Shown here piece by piece: positions 1-11,800 of a DNA stretch of 39,201 nucleotides. Each line of letters starts with the position of its first letter. Within the stretch, counting starts at the first letter, position 1. Source of the stretch: Jimgerdemannia flammicorona (lineage: Eukaryota). The stretch spans positions 1 to 39,201 of the forward strand of contig RBNJ01000149.1 of assembly GCA_003990765.1 (NCBI GenBank), written 5' to 3'. The translations under genes were made by a program, and so were the position numbers. The notes under the pieces were generated by a model. It did not search any database. It had not been told where the DNA came from and was given only the letters and a program-made list of their open reading frames with translations.

Positions 1-564
1 GTGACTGCATTCCGACTCAGCAAGGCACTTAGTGCTACATCCATATCTAGTATAGTCCAGATAGCCCCTCACTAGTATAAATACCCCCTCCCCCAGACCT
101 CAGAATCTCAGACTTGAACAATCCGAACACAACTTCTGAGCACTTCCCCACAATACTCCTTCACACAACTACTCCTAATATAGCAATATCATGAATAGCA
201 AATAAACCTATTCCATAACCCACAAACCACTCTTAAGTAAATCCGCTCTTTGTTAGGTCCTACTCCTAACCCCGTCACAAAATTTCCTAATTGGGTATTG
301 TCTGCAGCGATACGCCAATTCAACTAAGCTGGTCTTAGTTTCTTGAACTTCCTGAAATACGGAAAATCCTGAACATCCAGAACTAGTCCAGAAAAGGACT
401 TTGGTTGAGACGTCAACCCAATCTTGAAATCAATAAGCATAGAGGACGTACTCCATACGAAATTGATTTTGACCATAAGAAAACGGTCTTCCAGAATATC
501 CAGAATATTCAGAAAATCTTTCCAGAACTACGTAATGGTCACCCTAAAAAGTAACCCTCTTACA
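1..564 (+). repeat. Family A LTR, 3' part (copy A0, cut by window start)
   Basis: Homologous to 8364-8822, 16847-17102 and, inverted, to 6633-7126, 17103-17376/26134-26430 and 38629-39190. Ends in CTTACA at 559-564, TATAAATA at 76-83, AATAAA near 201. It abuts RNase H codons of family C rather than a PBS, so it is a 3' or solo LTR. Confidence 0.9.
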
Positions 565-2205
565 TCATCACTGATCATCAATCCCTCAAGTATATCAACA
601 CCCAATCTTCTCTGTCATATCTATAAACCAAATAGAGTCTCAAGCTTGAAACCTTCAATCTGATGATCATCTATAAGCCTGGCAAGACACTTATAGTACC
701 AGATGCCTTATCAAGATATCCAGATCTCACCACAATCATACAAGTCACCTTGGCATTAGAATTCTTAGACCAAATCAGATAAGCTTATAAAGAAGACACA
801 GTTACCACTAGAGTTTTCTCAAACAAGCTCAAGGATACATATACTATCAAGAACAACCTGATCTATCATCAAGATCAAGTCTATCTATCTGAAAACATGA
901 ACCTATACTATAAGGTTTTGCAAGAATATCATGACTTCCCTCTTGCTGATTACCTAGAAATTGAGAAGACTGTCAAGAACATTCAATACCACTACTATTG
1001 GCCAAGCATAGTCAAGGAAATCAAGAACTATGTTGTCAGCTATAATCTATATCAGCACAATAAGTCTACCAACCAAGTACTAGCTGGTTTACTACAACTA
1101 CTGCTAATTCCTACTAAAAGATTTGAGTAAGTTATTATGGACTTTGTAACTCAACTACCATGAACTCAATCTGGTACTGATGCTATCATTATATTCATTG
1201 ACTGCCTGACCAAGACTATAGTTACTGAACTAATCATTACTAATGCTACTGTATCTGAAATTGTAAGAATCTTCTTCAGTCTATCTTCTATCACTATGGT
1301 CTACCATAAGTAATTGTCAGTGATTGTGACCCCAAGTTCACTAGTCACTTCTAGCAAACTCTCTTCAAGACCCTGGGAATGTTATGTCTACTGCCTTTCA
1401 CTTACAAACTGATGGATAAACTGAGCACATAAACAGAACTCTAGAACAAATACTTAGAAACTATGTATCTTATGAGTAAGATAATTGGGACCACTATCTG
1501 ACATATACAGAATTTACATAGAACAATACTATCCAATCATCTACTGGTCTTTTCCCTTTCTGGTTACTCTACAGTCAAGATCCCAAGACCCCTGCAAGTC
1601 TATTCTTTTTCAAGAAAAGTAGTCAAATACAAGTTCTTACTACCAAAAATCTTATAGACAAAATGAATGAACTACTCAAGATTGCCATTATGAATCTTCA
1701 GAAGGCTCAATAGCATCAAGCCAAGTATACTGATAAGAAATACCATAATATCACTTATACTATTGGAGATTAAGTCCTACTGTCTACTGAGAACCTCAAG
1801 ATATAATCTCAAGTTAACTATCCTTTAAATAAGTTCCAACCTAAGTATATTGGACCTTTCAAGATTACTGAACAAGTCTCTGCATCCTCCTACTGCCTTG
1901 AGCTACCTGAAACCATAAGAGTACACTCAGTCTTTCATATATCACACCTCAAGATCTGGAACCAGTCACCACTCTACTCTGGTCAAATTTCTAAGCCTTC
2001 TGCCCCTATAATTATTGAAGACCATATTGAGTATGAAGCTGAGAAAATTCTTGACAAATGAATCTACTACTACCATCCTGAATACCTAGTCAAGTGGATG
2101 GGTTACTCTAAATATGATACTATCTGGGAACCACTGGTCAACCTCAAGAACTCTCAAGATCTAGTTCAAGACTTCAAGGTAAAATACATTGCCCAATCTC
2201 TATAG
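565..2205 (+). pseudogene. pol: Degenerate pol of family C (RNase H C-terminus, integrase, GPF motif, chromodomain)
   Basis: Manual translation: ITDHQSLKY, YKPGKTLIVPDALSR, YYWPSIVKEIKNYV, MDFVTQLP, DCDPKFTSHF, QTDG*TE, KYIGPFKI, EYEAEKILDK...EYLVKWMGY...WEP. Many stops and frameshifts. Confidence 0.9.
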
Positions 2206-2506
2206 TAACTTTCTTGGATTATTGATAATCTATAGCAATGACCAGTGCCTTATATATTGGAAGTTTACTTTGGGATCTCAGAATTAGCAGAATATTTAAT
2301 GAACAAGAAGTCCACTGAAATGAAGCTACTAGTTGGGTTTGAATCCCTCCTAGTTAGTTAGTCTGATAATAGACCCTCTACTCTATATAAAGATGGCCAA
2401 TTTCCACTAATGCACTGATATAAGTTTGAGAAATTTTGATTAAGTATATCTAGTTTTGTGTTACCTAAGAACTCAATAAGAATGTTAGTTCTTAAGAAGG
2501 GAGGGA

Positions 2507-2970
2507 TATAACAATTTCACAGCTATATTTAGTCTTAGTACATTTTCGTATCTTTTAGTTGATCTTTTCTTATTATTTCTTGAACATTCTACTATATTCT
2601 GCCACCTTCTACTTGCTTAGAAACCTTCTCTCAGTGTTTAGACACTATTAGAATATTTTTGTCTTTCCTTAGTACTAAGTATCTTATCTTAGCTAGTTAT
2701 GGAATCTTTTAAAATATTGTAGAATAGTATTAGTCAACTTTGCCAAGAACTCATTTCTTGACATTTCTCTTTCTTTCTAAGATTCTTCTAGATCTTTCTT
2801 TCAGATTATATATAAATATCCTTATTCTCTGCCTGAATAAAGCTTAGAATATTTTTGTCTAGAAATCCTTCAAAAATACTTGAACTTTTAAATATCTCTT
2901 TGAGCTACTTTAGACTAACTAGAACTTTCAGATTTAGCCACTTCCTCTTAAAGAAACTAGAACCATTACA
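2507..2970 (+). repeat. 3' LTR of family C (~464 bp)
   Basis: Starts TATAAC (decayed TGTAAC) right after the purine tract, ends ATTACA where LINE homology begins, and contains TATATAAATA (~2809) and AATAAA (~2836). The partner LTR is outside the window. Confidence 0.7.
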
Positions 2971-5593
2971 CTCTCTACCAATCTATCTCTCAAATCCTCC
3001 CATCAATCCTGATCTTCATTCTCTCTACACACAGTACCCAATCTATTCCTAACTACTAACTAGAAGTCTCTAAGTATCTCACACTCACCCAGCCAATGTT
3101 CTGGCATCTGTATAAACCCCCCTTCCTGTCTTACATTATAGCACTCCTCACAATCAAAGTTCTCTCCCTCTATAAGGTAGTCTGAGCAAAAGTTAAGTAT
3201 AACATTTCTCTACAGCATACACCACCAAACCACCTAGTACTTGGATGACAACTATTGTATTATTATTATACTTCAGGTCCAGATTCCATTCCAGTCCCAC
3301 TCCTCTCCAATTCCAGCTATCTGCCAGCTACTAGCCATATATCCTGGCTCATCTCTCTCTGGCACTCTACTCCATCACTAATATAAAAGTCTATGAGGAG
3401 AGTGCCCCCTAGTAATACTCAATCTCATCTCCATATTGCCAGATCCCAAGGCACCACTCCTTCATCTCTCTGCCAATAAATCTCAATGCAGTGAGCCCCA
3501 TCTACTACTCTCTACCAAAAGTCCTTATATCTCATTTATCTCCTATTAGAAAGCTCAACCAAGGACAGCAAATCTCCAGTCACTCCTCTCAGTAAGCATT
3601 GTATCTCTCAGACCTTCTTCATTAGAGGAATTCAACTACTCCCTCTCAGTTCTACTGCTCTCTTCAGCCACTATACTCATAGACAATATAGTCTCTTCAG
3701 GAAGTCAACCTGCCCAAGAACCCCTCTAGTCACTGGTAATGACAAGATTTCCCAACTAATCTAACTCCTCTGCTCAGCCTAGATCCAATCCTTCACTAGC
3801 TTCAATAGCCTCTTCACTATCCAGGCTAGAAAGTCTAGATAATATACCAAATACCACAACTTTGGTAGCCAGTAAACATTCAAAATTATAATACACCCTG
3901 CCAAAGACATATGGTGGCCTCTCCAACCTCTCAGGATCTCCCCTCAGATGATCACTCATTGCTCTCACCAAGCATATGTCAGAACTGACCCATACATAGA
4001 GAGATAAATGTCCAAGTATCTCACTGTCTCTCTAGTAGGAACAATTATTCCAATGACATCCCCTCTCACCAGACTATTACCTAATACTATCATTTTGCAC
4101 TTGTGTCAGTTAAGTTTAGCCCCAGAGTATATCTCATACTACTCTACTATTTCCTGGAGTTTCTCGACATCAGTAATTAATTCCAGACCAACTACTATAT
4201 CATCTGCAAAGACTCCAACCTTCCAACCAATGCTGAATAAGGAGAGCCCCTCTATCTTCTACCAAATCCTATTCATCAATAGCTCCAAGGATAGAGTATA
4301 CAAAATCAGAGACAGGGAGTCTCTCTGGGGTATACTCTTCTCTAAGAAGAATGCTACTCTCTATGTCTATTGCACATAAGTACTGCTCAACTCCTTTTCA
4401 GTAGGTTGATCATTATTACCTGAAACTGCTGAGAGATACTAATCCTATCCAGAACCTTCACCAGCCAGACTTACTGCACATGATCATAGGTTTTTTCCTA
4501 ATCCAAGAAGACCAGTCTCATCCAGCCCACAGGCTCAAGCCTCTTCAATAATGCTATACACCCAGACCATGTTATCTCTAATAAGTTAGCCTCCTACAAA
4601 CTCTCACTGCTTCTTATCCAAAACTTGCTAGACCACCTTCTACAGCCTCACCACTACCACCTTAGTAACCAACTTCCTATCTATGTTTAGAAGTATGATA
4701 GGCTACCAATTCTTTCAGTTCTCTCTTCTACTCTTATCCTTATAGAGCAGTGCCACCAGTCCCAGATCTTGCTCCCCCACCCACCTCCCTAACTATAGTA
4801 CTAAATTACATATTGCCATCATTCTCTCAGTACCCCAGATACTTTCAGCATCCTCTTCCAAAGTCCCAGGACAGTCCATCCTCACCAGGCACTATGCCCA
4901 GTATAGTCATAGCAAGAATCTGATGAATCTCCTCATCCTGAACTGGTATTACTAAACCATTCAGTCCATCCACTTGTGGCAGGTTCCAATCCCCCAGAGT
5001 ATGTACAATAGTAGCAGTCATTGTTCCATCCTCCTTCTCACTATACAAACCACTCCACCTCTCCTTAAGTGAGCCCAGAATATTCTATATACTATGTATC
5101 AGTAGTTCATTTGAATTCAGAACCCCCTCTCACCTCTGCCTCACCCTCCTTGTCTGCAGGATCCTCAAAAAGTATTTAGATGGCCTCTTTCTCTCCTCAA
5201 ATCTCTGCCAGCATAATTGGGTAGCCAAACTCTATACCCATATCTCCTCCTCTTCCCTCAACACCTGTCATAGCTCATTGACCTCCATCCTAGCCTGGCT
5301 CAACCACCAGTCCTCCACCCCCTCTAGGGCCAAAAGATCAGCCCAATTCTCCAAAAGTTGAGCCAGTCTAGCAGAAGCCTAGTTTATCCTCCTTCTTTTC
5401 TATCTGCCTGCCACCTCTCCTGCCTCCCTCCAATAAACCCTAGCTGCCCCCTTCAACCTTGCCTACTGAATACTAATTGTGACACCCTCTTGTACTCAAC
5501 TCTCTATCCTCCACTGAATGTCCTCTGCTCAATTGTCCTATAATGCCTTCTCAGTCAACAAAGAGAAATTTAGACACTAATGTCCAGGCCCAT
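2971..5593 (-). mobile_element. Truncated, diverged L1/Tx1-like LINE (ORF2 RT to zinc-finger region)
   Basis: Reverse complement aligns with ~35070-37690 of the full-length LINE (VPGEDGLSWDF, FLD*EK, VFADD, FGRVYYNFECLLATK). 5' end joins family A gag sequence, 3' end is interrupted by the family C LTR. Confidence 0.9.
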
Positions 5594-7126
5594 ATCTGTT
5601 TGGCTAAGGCAGTAATGGTTGCTGCCATTATGGCTATCTGTGCTGTGAGGTCTAGATCTGTTGATTTGCCATATTGTTTATTAGAGATAGTTGGACTACT
5701 GGTAATAGTGTTACTAATATAACTTGAGGTACTAGTGCAGAGTGTAATGGTGTTCTTTGAGTCTGTATAAGTTGCTGAAGTAACTATTGTAGATTTAGAG
5801 TAAGAGCTTGATAGATAGCTGTCTGTTGCTATATAGGTATGTTTTGTCCTGATGGAGGTATATCTCCTTTGGTAGTATATCTGAGATTAAATTCACTGAG
5901 ATACTCTAACTTCTCTTAGCTTTGGTCTCTATATAGTTGGGTTTGTTCAGTATCAAAGTAGATAGTATTAGTTATATATTAGATTTCTGATGGGCTTAAA
6001 TCAAGAGTTTAATCTGGTTCAGTATTAGTTTTAGTTTCAGATAGAGCTATAGCTGGGCCTACTTCTGGTTCAGGGTCAGGTTGTTGATGAAGAGTTTCTC
6101 TTACTTCTTTAAGAATATAGTGAGCCTTGTAATCCTGAAAATAGTAGTATAAGGCAGTCTTAGTCCTTATATGGTAAAAGTCAGTAGAGTTGAGCTACTT
6201 GGCTACAGAGACTTAGGCTTCATAAGGAAATGAGGCTAAAAAGATGGCTACTGGTTGTCCTAGATCACTTGGATTTGTAGAGCTAATAAAAACTCTTGTT
6301 GAGAAGAGTAAAGAAGGCTTCTATAAGACCTTCTTCATCTTGACTTGCAGGGTATAGAGCAAGGAGTTTAGTTTATAAGGTTTTGCCTATCTGTTAATTT
6401 AATTAGAGTACTTCTTTTGTAGATAAAGTCTGTCCCACTTGTTGCAGATGTAGAGGTCAAATTGTCCTTATATGTCAGATTAAATTCTCTCTAGATTGTC
6501 AGATAGTTTAGAATAAATTCTAGTTCAGAGGTTGGGCTTTATACCAACTTGTAGGAATTTCTCATAGAGATTTGTAGTAGGGTGAGAAAGCATCTTGAAG
6601 TAGAATTGAATTATAAACTGCTACTACTAAGTTATAAGAGAGTTACTTATAAAAGTACTATTACATAGTTCTGGAAGAGTTTTCTAGAAGTTCTGAATAT
6701 TCTGAAAGACTGTTTTCTATAAGATCAAGATCAATTTCATATAGAGTATATTCTCTATACTTATTGATTTCAAGATTAGATTGACATCTCAACTAAAGTC
6801 CTTTTTTGGACTAGTTCTAGATGTTCAGGATTTTCTGTATTTCAGAAAGTTCAAGAAACTAAGACCAGCTTAGTTGAATTGGCATATTGCTGCAGATAAT
6901 ACCCAATTAGGAAATTTTATAATATGGTTAGGAGTGGGATCTAATAGAGTATAAATTTACTTAAGAGTGGTTTGTAGGTTATTAAATAGATTTATTCACT
7001 ATTTATGATATTACTATACTAGAAGTAGTATATGAAGGGATATTGTGGAGAAGTATTCAGGAGTTCTTGTGTATTCAGATTGTTCAAGTCTGAGATTCTG
7101 AGGTCTGGAGGAGGGGGTATTTATAC
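5594..7126 (-). mobile_element. Family A copy A3: partial 5' LTR (6633-7126), PBS and 5' gag region
   Basis: Reverse complement of ~8364-9866 and 76-564; interrupted by the LINE fragment on the left and by a family B LTR at 7127. Confidence 0.88.
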
Positions 7127-8362
7127 TATTACATAGTGGTTACTAAGTTCTTTAAATATATCAAATTCTCTTCAAAGTGTATCTCTTAGACTAACTCAAG
7201 TTTGTTATAAGCAAGTTCTTATGGAAGTACCTTCCCAAGGTCTTATAGTCCTCAAACTTCTTATCTTTAAACTATCTTATTATCTCTTTAGATTACTTAC
7301 AAGGAATTGTATATATATATTACACTAAGTAGACTGACTTTATTTCAGAGAAAATAAGAGGGGTATTTATACAAAATATAATTCAATAGTTGCTAAGATA
7401 TAAAGCTAAATATAAATTCCAATAACTGAAATAAAATACCAGGATATGGAAAACTACTAAGTTCCAGTATCAGTACTGATGGTTGCACAGATTCAGGATG
7501 TTGGTATAATTTTAGTGATATAGGAAAATGGTATTGGAATAATTCTGAGTCACATCAGAATATCAGTGGAGGAACAGCTGTTACACAGGAAAAGAGTGCT
7601 AGTATAATTCAGTATAACTAAGGAACTTAGAGCAGAATGTTCAAGACTATAGAGGCTTCATCCTCATCAGAGGTCAGGATGTCTTTGAAGGAGATGAGAT
7701 CTATGAATGTCTCATCTATCTCATCATCATATAAGTCATATGTTTTACATATGTTGTGCAGGATGATATCATTGCTGATGATGTCATCATGTTTGGTGGT
7801 GGCAGGAACAAGGAAGTCTGGGGGCTCTCTAGTCTATGAGGTTCTCTTCTATGAAATAGGGGACAAATGTGGGGTTTTGGAGAGGTCTAACCTAGATACT
7901 TGGGCCTTGAAATACTGAGATCAATTCTTACAGGAATTGGTCTGGGTTGTTCTGAAGGATGAGATACCAGAAGTCTTCTACTTCATCACTATTAAGGGTG
8001 ATAGTAGACTGGGCTTCTGTAGCCACCCTGGCTTCTAGTGCATTGATATAGTGGGCTGACAGGTCTCTGAAGTCTGAGACTCTAATATACTCTAAGTTGG
8101 GAATCAACTATAATGTATGTCTGAAGATCTGATGAATCTTCTTAGCTGTTCTTATTTCATATATATTCATAAGAGTGGTATCTTATAACTCTTGAGGGCT
8201 GGCCTGTGGGAACTCCCAGTAGAGAAGGTTTCCTATTTTATACTCTTGCCATATTTAGAGACATTTGGTAGCAATAGTGATTCTTGTTTCTATTTTATAG
8301 TGGTAGAGGATAAAGTGATAAGGATCTGCAGTACCCAGGTTGATACTAGGAGATCTTCTTGT
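7127..8362 (-). repeat. Family B LTR fragment (diverged subfamily) containing the 3' two-thirds of the LTR ORF (7627-8362)
   Basis: Same-orientation homology to 17377-18563 and 24614-25791; begins TATTACATAGTGGT (= TGTCACATAGTGGT); other end missing. Confidence 0.88.
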
Positions 8363-8825
8363 GGACTTAAATAGATCTGAACATATAAGAACTTCTGAAC
8401 ACTTCTCCACAATATCTCTTTATATAACTACTCCTAGTATAGCAATATTATAAATAGCAAATAAATCTATTTAATAACTTACAAACTACTCTTAAGTAAA
8501 TCTGCAATCTGTTAGATCCCACTCCTAACTATATCATGAAATTTCCTAATTAGATATTGTCTGCAACAATACACTAATTTAACTAAGCTGGTCTTAGTTT
8601 CTTGAACTTTCTGAAATACAGAAAATCCTGAATATCCAAAACTAGTCTAAAAAAGAACTTTGATTGAGACATCAATCTAATCTTGAAATCAATAAGTATA
8701 GAGAATATACTCTATATGAAATTGATCTTGACCTTAAGAAAATGGTCTTTCAGAATATCCAGAACTTCCAGAAACCTCTTTCAGAACTATATAATGATAC
8801 TTTTATAAATAACTCTCTTATAACT

Positions 8826-8838
8826 TAATAGCAGTAGT
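8826..8838 (+). promoter_or_regulatory. Primer-binding site of family A, probably tRNA-Leu type
   Basis: Three copies read TAATAGCAGTAGT (8826), TAGTAGTAGCAGT (6629 minus) and TAGTAGTAGTAGT (38625 minus), 3 nt after the LTR end. Reverting transitions gives TGGTGGCAGCGGT, complementary to a common eukaryotic tRNA-Leu 3' end. The reconstruction is inference. Confidence 0.55.
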
Positions 8839-8861
8839 TTACAATCCAATTTTACTTTAAG

Positions 8862-11800
8862 ATGCTTTCTTACTCTACTATAAACCTCTATGAGAAATTT
8901 CTATAAGTTGGTATAAAGCCCAACCTCTGAACTGGAATTTATTCTGAACCATCTGATAATCCAGAAAGAATTGAACCTGATATATAAGGATAATTTGACT
9001 TCCACACTTATAACAAGTGGGATGGACTTCAACTACAAAAAGAAGTACTCTAATTAAATCAGTAAATAGGCAAAACTCTATATACCAAACTTCTTACTCT
9101 ATACCCCACAAGTCAAAATGAAGAAGATCTTATAAAAGTCTTCTTTACTCTTCTCAATAAGAGTTTTGTTAGCTCTATAAACCCAAGTAATCTAGGATAA
9201 CCAGTAGCTATCTTTCTAGCCTTAATTCCCCACAAAGCCTGAGCCTCAGTAGCTAAGTAGCACAACTCTATTAACTATTACTATATCAGAACCAAGACTG
9301 CCTTATTACTACTGTTTCCAGAATTATAAGATCTGCTATATTCTTAAAGAAGAAGTCAGAGAAATTCTTTATCAATAACCTGACTCTGAACCAGAAGTAG
9401 GCTCAGCTACAGCCCTATCTGAAACTGAAATCAATACTGAACCAGAACCAGCTTTTGAATTAAGCTCATCTGAAATCCAATATACAACTAATACTATCTA
9501 CTTCAATACTAAGCAAACTCAATCACATGGAACCAGAGTGAAGAGGAGAAGAAGTATTTTAGTGAATTCAATCTCAGATATACTACTGAAAGAGACATAT
9601 CTCTCTCAGAACAAAATACACCTACAGGATAACAAACAGTTATCTATCAAGCCCTTATACCAGATCTACAACAATTACTCCAGCAACTTATACAGACTCA
9701 AAGAACACCACTATACTCTGTACCAGTATCTCAAGTCATACCAGTAATATCACTATTAGTAGTCTAATCATCTTCAGTAAACAATATGGCAAATTAATAG
9801 ATTCTAGACCTCACAGCTCAGGTAGCCATAATGATAGCAACTATTACTACCTTAGCTTGACAGATCTGACCAATAAAAAGTCTGAGCCTACTTATCTTCA
9901 ATAGTGCTACACAGGAAGTCCAAAGCTTCATTAGTATAGTTGATATCAATTTTAAAGCCAATCAATAGACTAATGAGTAAGTTGCTGACCACCTTCTGAT
10001 AAACAATCAAGACCATACTTTGGAACAACTCTTTACTATCACTATGGCTTATATCTACCAAGTTGTTACATTCTTCTGAGGATCTACTAAAGAATAGTGA
10101 TGAATTCTTTCTGAAAAATCCCTTACATAGGATACCTGACCTACAGTTATTGCCCAAAATGCAACAAATAATACCTCTGGATATAGAGACCATCCTGCAG
10201 CCCCTGGGCTCAAATAGCTCAATATTACAGTAAAACTCTAATTGCTTAATCCTAAGTTAAACTCTATAATCTCAAATTTGATGTATATAGCAAAGAGGAA
10301 TTCAAAACCTTCTATACAAAACTGGAGTCACTCCTGAACACTGTTGGCCTAGGATACATTACCAATGATGAAGCACAAAATGGTACAAGAGCAGACCATT
10401 TATTCAACATACTATCTGAATAGCTTACAAGAAAGATCTAAGAACAAAGATACCCAGTTGATTGTGATTACCAATAATAGTATCTGATAAGAATCAAAAC
10501 TATGGTCAAGTAAATTCTAATAGCTGGACCAATTCTACCTGGAAGATAATTCAACAACAAGAAAAAAACTTGAACCAAGAAAGAAGAACCCAAGCATAAA
10601 GCATTCTGAGCTCTCTCTATATCTATCTTCTGGACATCTCAAAATCCTGAACTCACCTAGCTAAATACCTTCAAGAAACTCACTAAGAAGAAAGAAACAA
10701 ACTTTGAAGCAGAGTATGCTTTTATTGCTAAAAGACAGGACACATGGCCAGTGTCTGTCTCAACCAAAAACCCCAAACAGCAATATGAGCAACTGTTACT
10801 ACTCTGCATTGTCTCAACAATCTGATCACTAAGATATTAGACTTTATCAAGTTAAGACCAACTGCCATAGCCCCAACTAAAGGAAGTCAAAAGGCAGCTA
10901 GATATGATCTATATATAGCTAAAAAAGCTACAGTTTCCAACTAAGTTAAGTAAGTTTATATAGAGATCAGTATTCAAATTCCTGAAGGATATATTGAAAG
11001 AATATACTATTATAGCAGCCTAGTATTAAAAGGACTCTCAGTAAAAGGAGGAGTTATTGATCAAATTATATAGACAAAATAATTATCCTCATTCAAAACT
11101 ATAGCTGGACACTATTTAAGATTCTTATTGGTTTTTGTATTGCTCAGATCTTATTTAAAAAAATTGAGTTGACTCTGACAATCAAGAAAGTTCCTAAACT
11201 ACTGTCTACTATCTGAGGATCCAAAGGATTTGACTCATCAAACAAGACTCTAGCCCAAACTACTATGAATAAGAAAGAATAATTCTACAAGAAAATTAAA
11301 GATAGATTTGTACCTAGTGGTTGATGCCCCTATGTAGTATTGGAATGTACTTTTTCTGAATAATCAATAATTACTTCTCTTATATCAATGAACTGACTCA
11401 AAGGAGAACTAATAGAAGGAAAGTTCTTATAACTGAAATAACTACTATTGGATTAGACAAACTGCTTACACTCCAAGCTTTTGTCAATAGAGCACCTATT
11501 AAGATTAATATATATAGATAGTAGTACCTCAGGTAACTTCATCAATAAAGAAATAGCCAACAGACTCAAGGTCCTGATCTCTCCAGTACAACAGACTCAA
11601 ATAGTTGCTACTCAAACAGTTGCTACAGCTGATAGAACCTCTTATATTATTAGCAAGGAAGTCCACAACCTACTCTTATGAATTGGCAACTACTGAGTAT
11701 ATATTATACTCTAAATTATACTACTTCCTGACAACAAAATTATTCTTGAGACTCTATGGTTAAAACAAGAGAACCTTATGATCAATTAGATAAACTATTC

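Larger units (their letters stand above)
565..2970 (+). mobile_element. Family C Ty3/Gypsy chromovirus, 3' portion (RNase H end, integrase, chromodomain, PPT, 3' LTR)
   Basis: Domain order RH-INT-chromodomain, followed by a purine tract AAGAAGGGAGGGA (2494-2506) and an LTR-like block ending ATTACA at 2970. Confidence 0.85.

Noticed and set aside
2281-2356. tRNA-like A-box/B-box look-alike (TAGCAGAATATTTAATG ... GGGTTTGAATCCC) in the 3' UTR of family C
   Set aside because: No convincing acceptor, anticodon or full T stem even after allowing transitions; likely chance.
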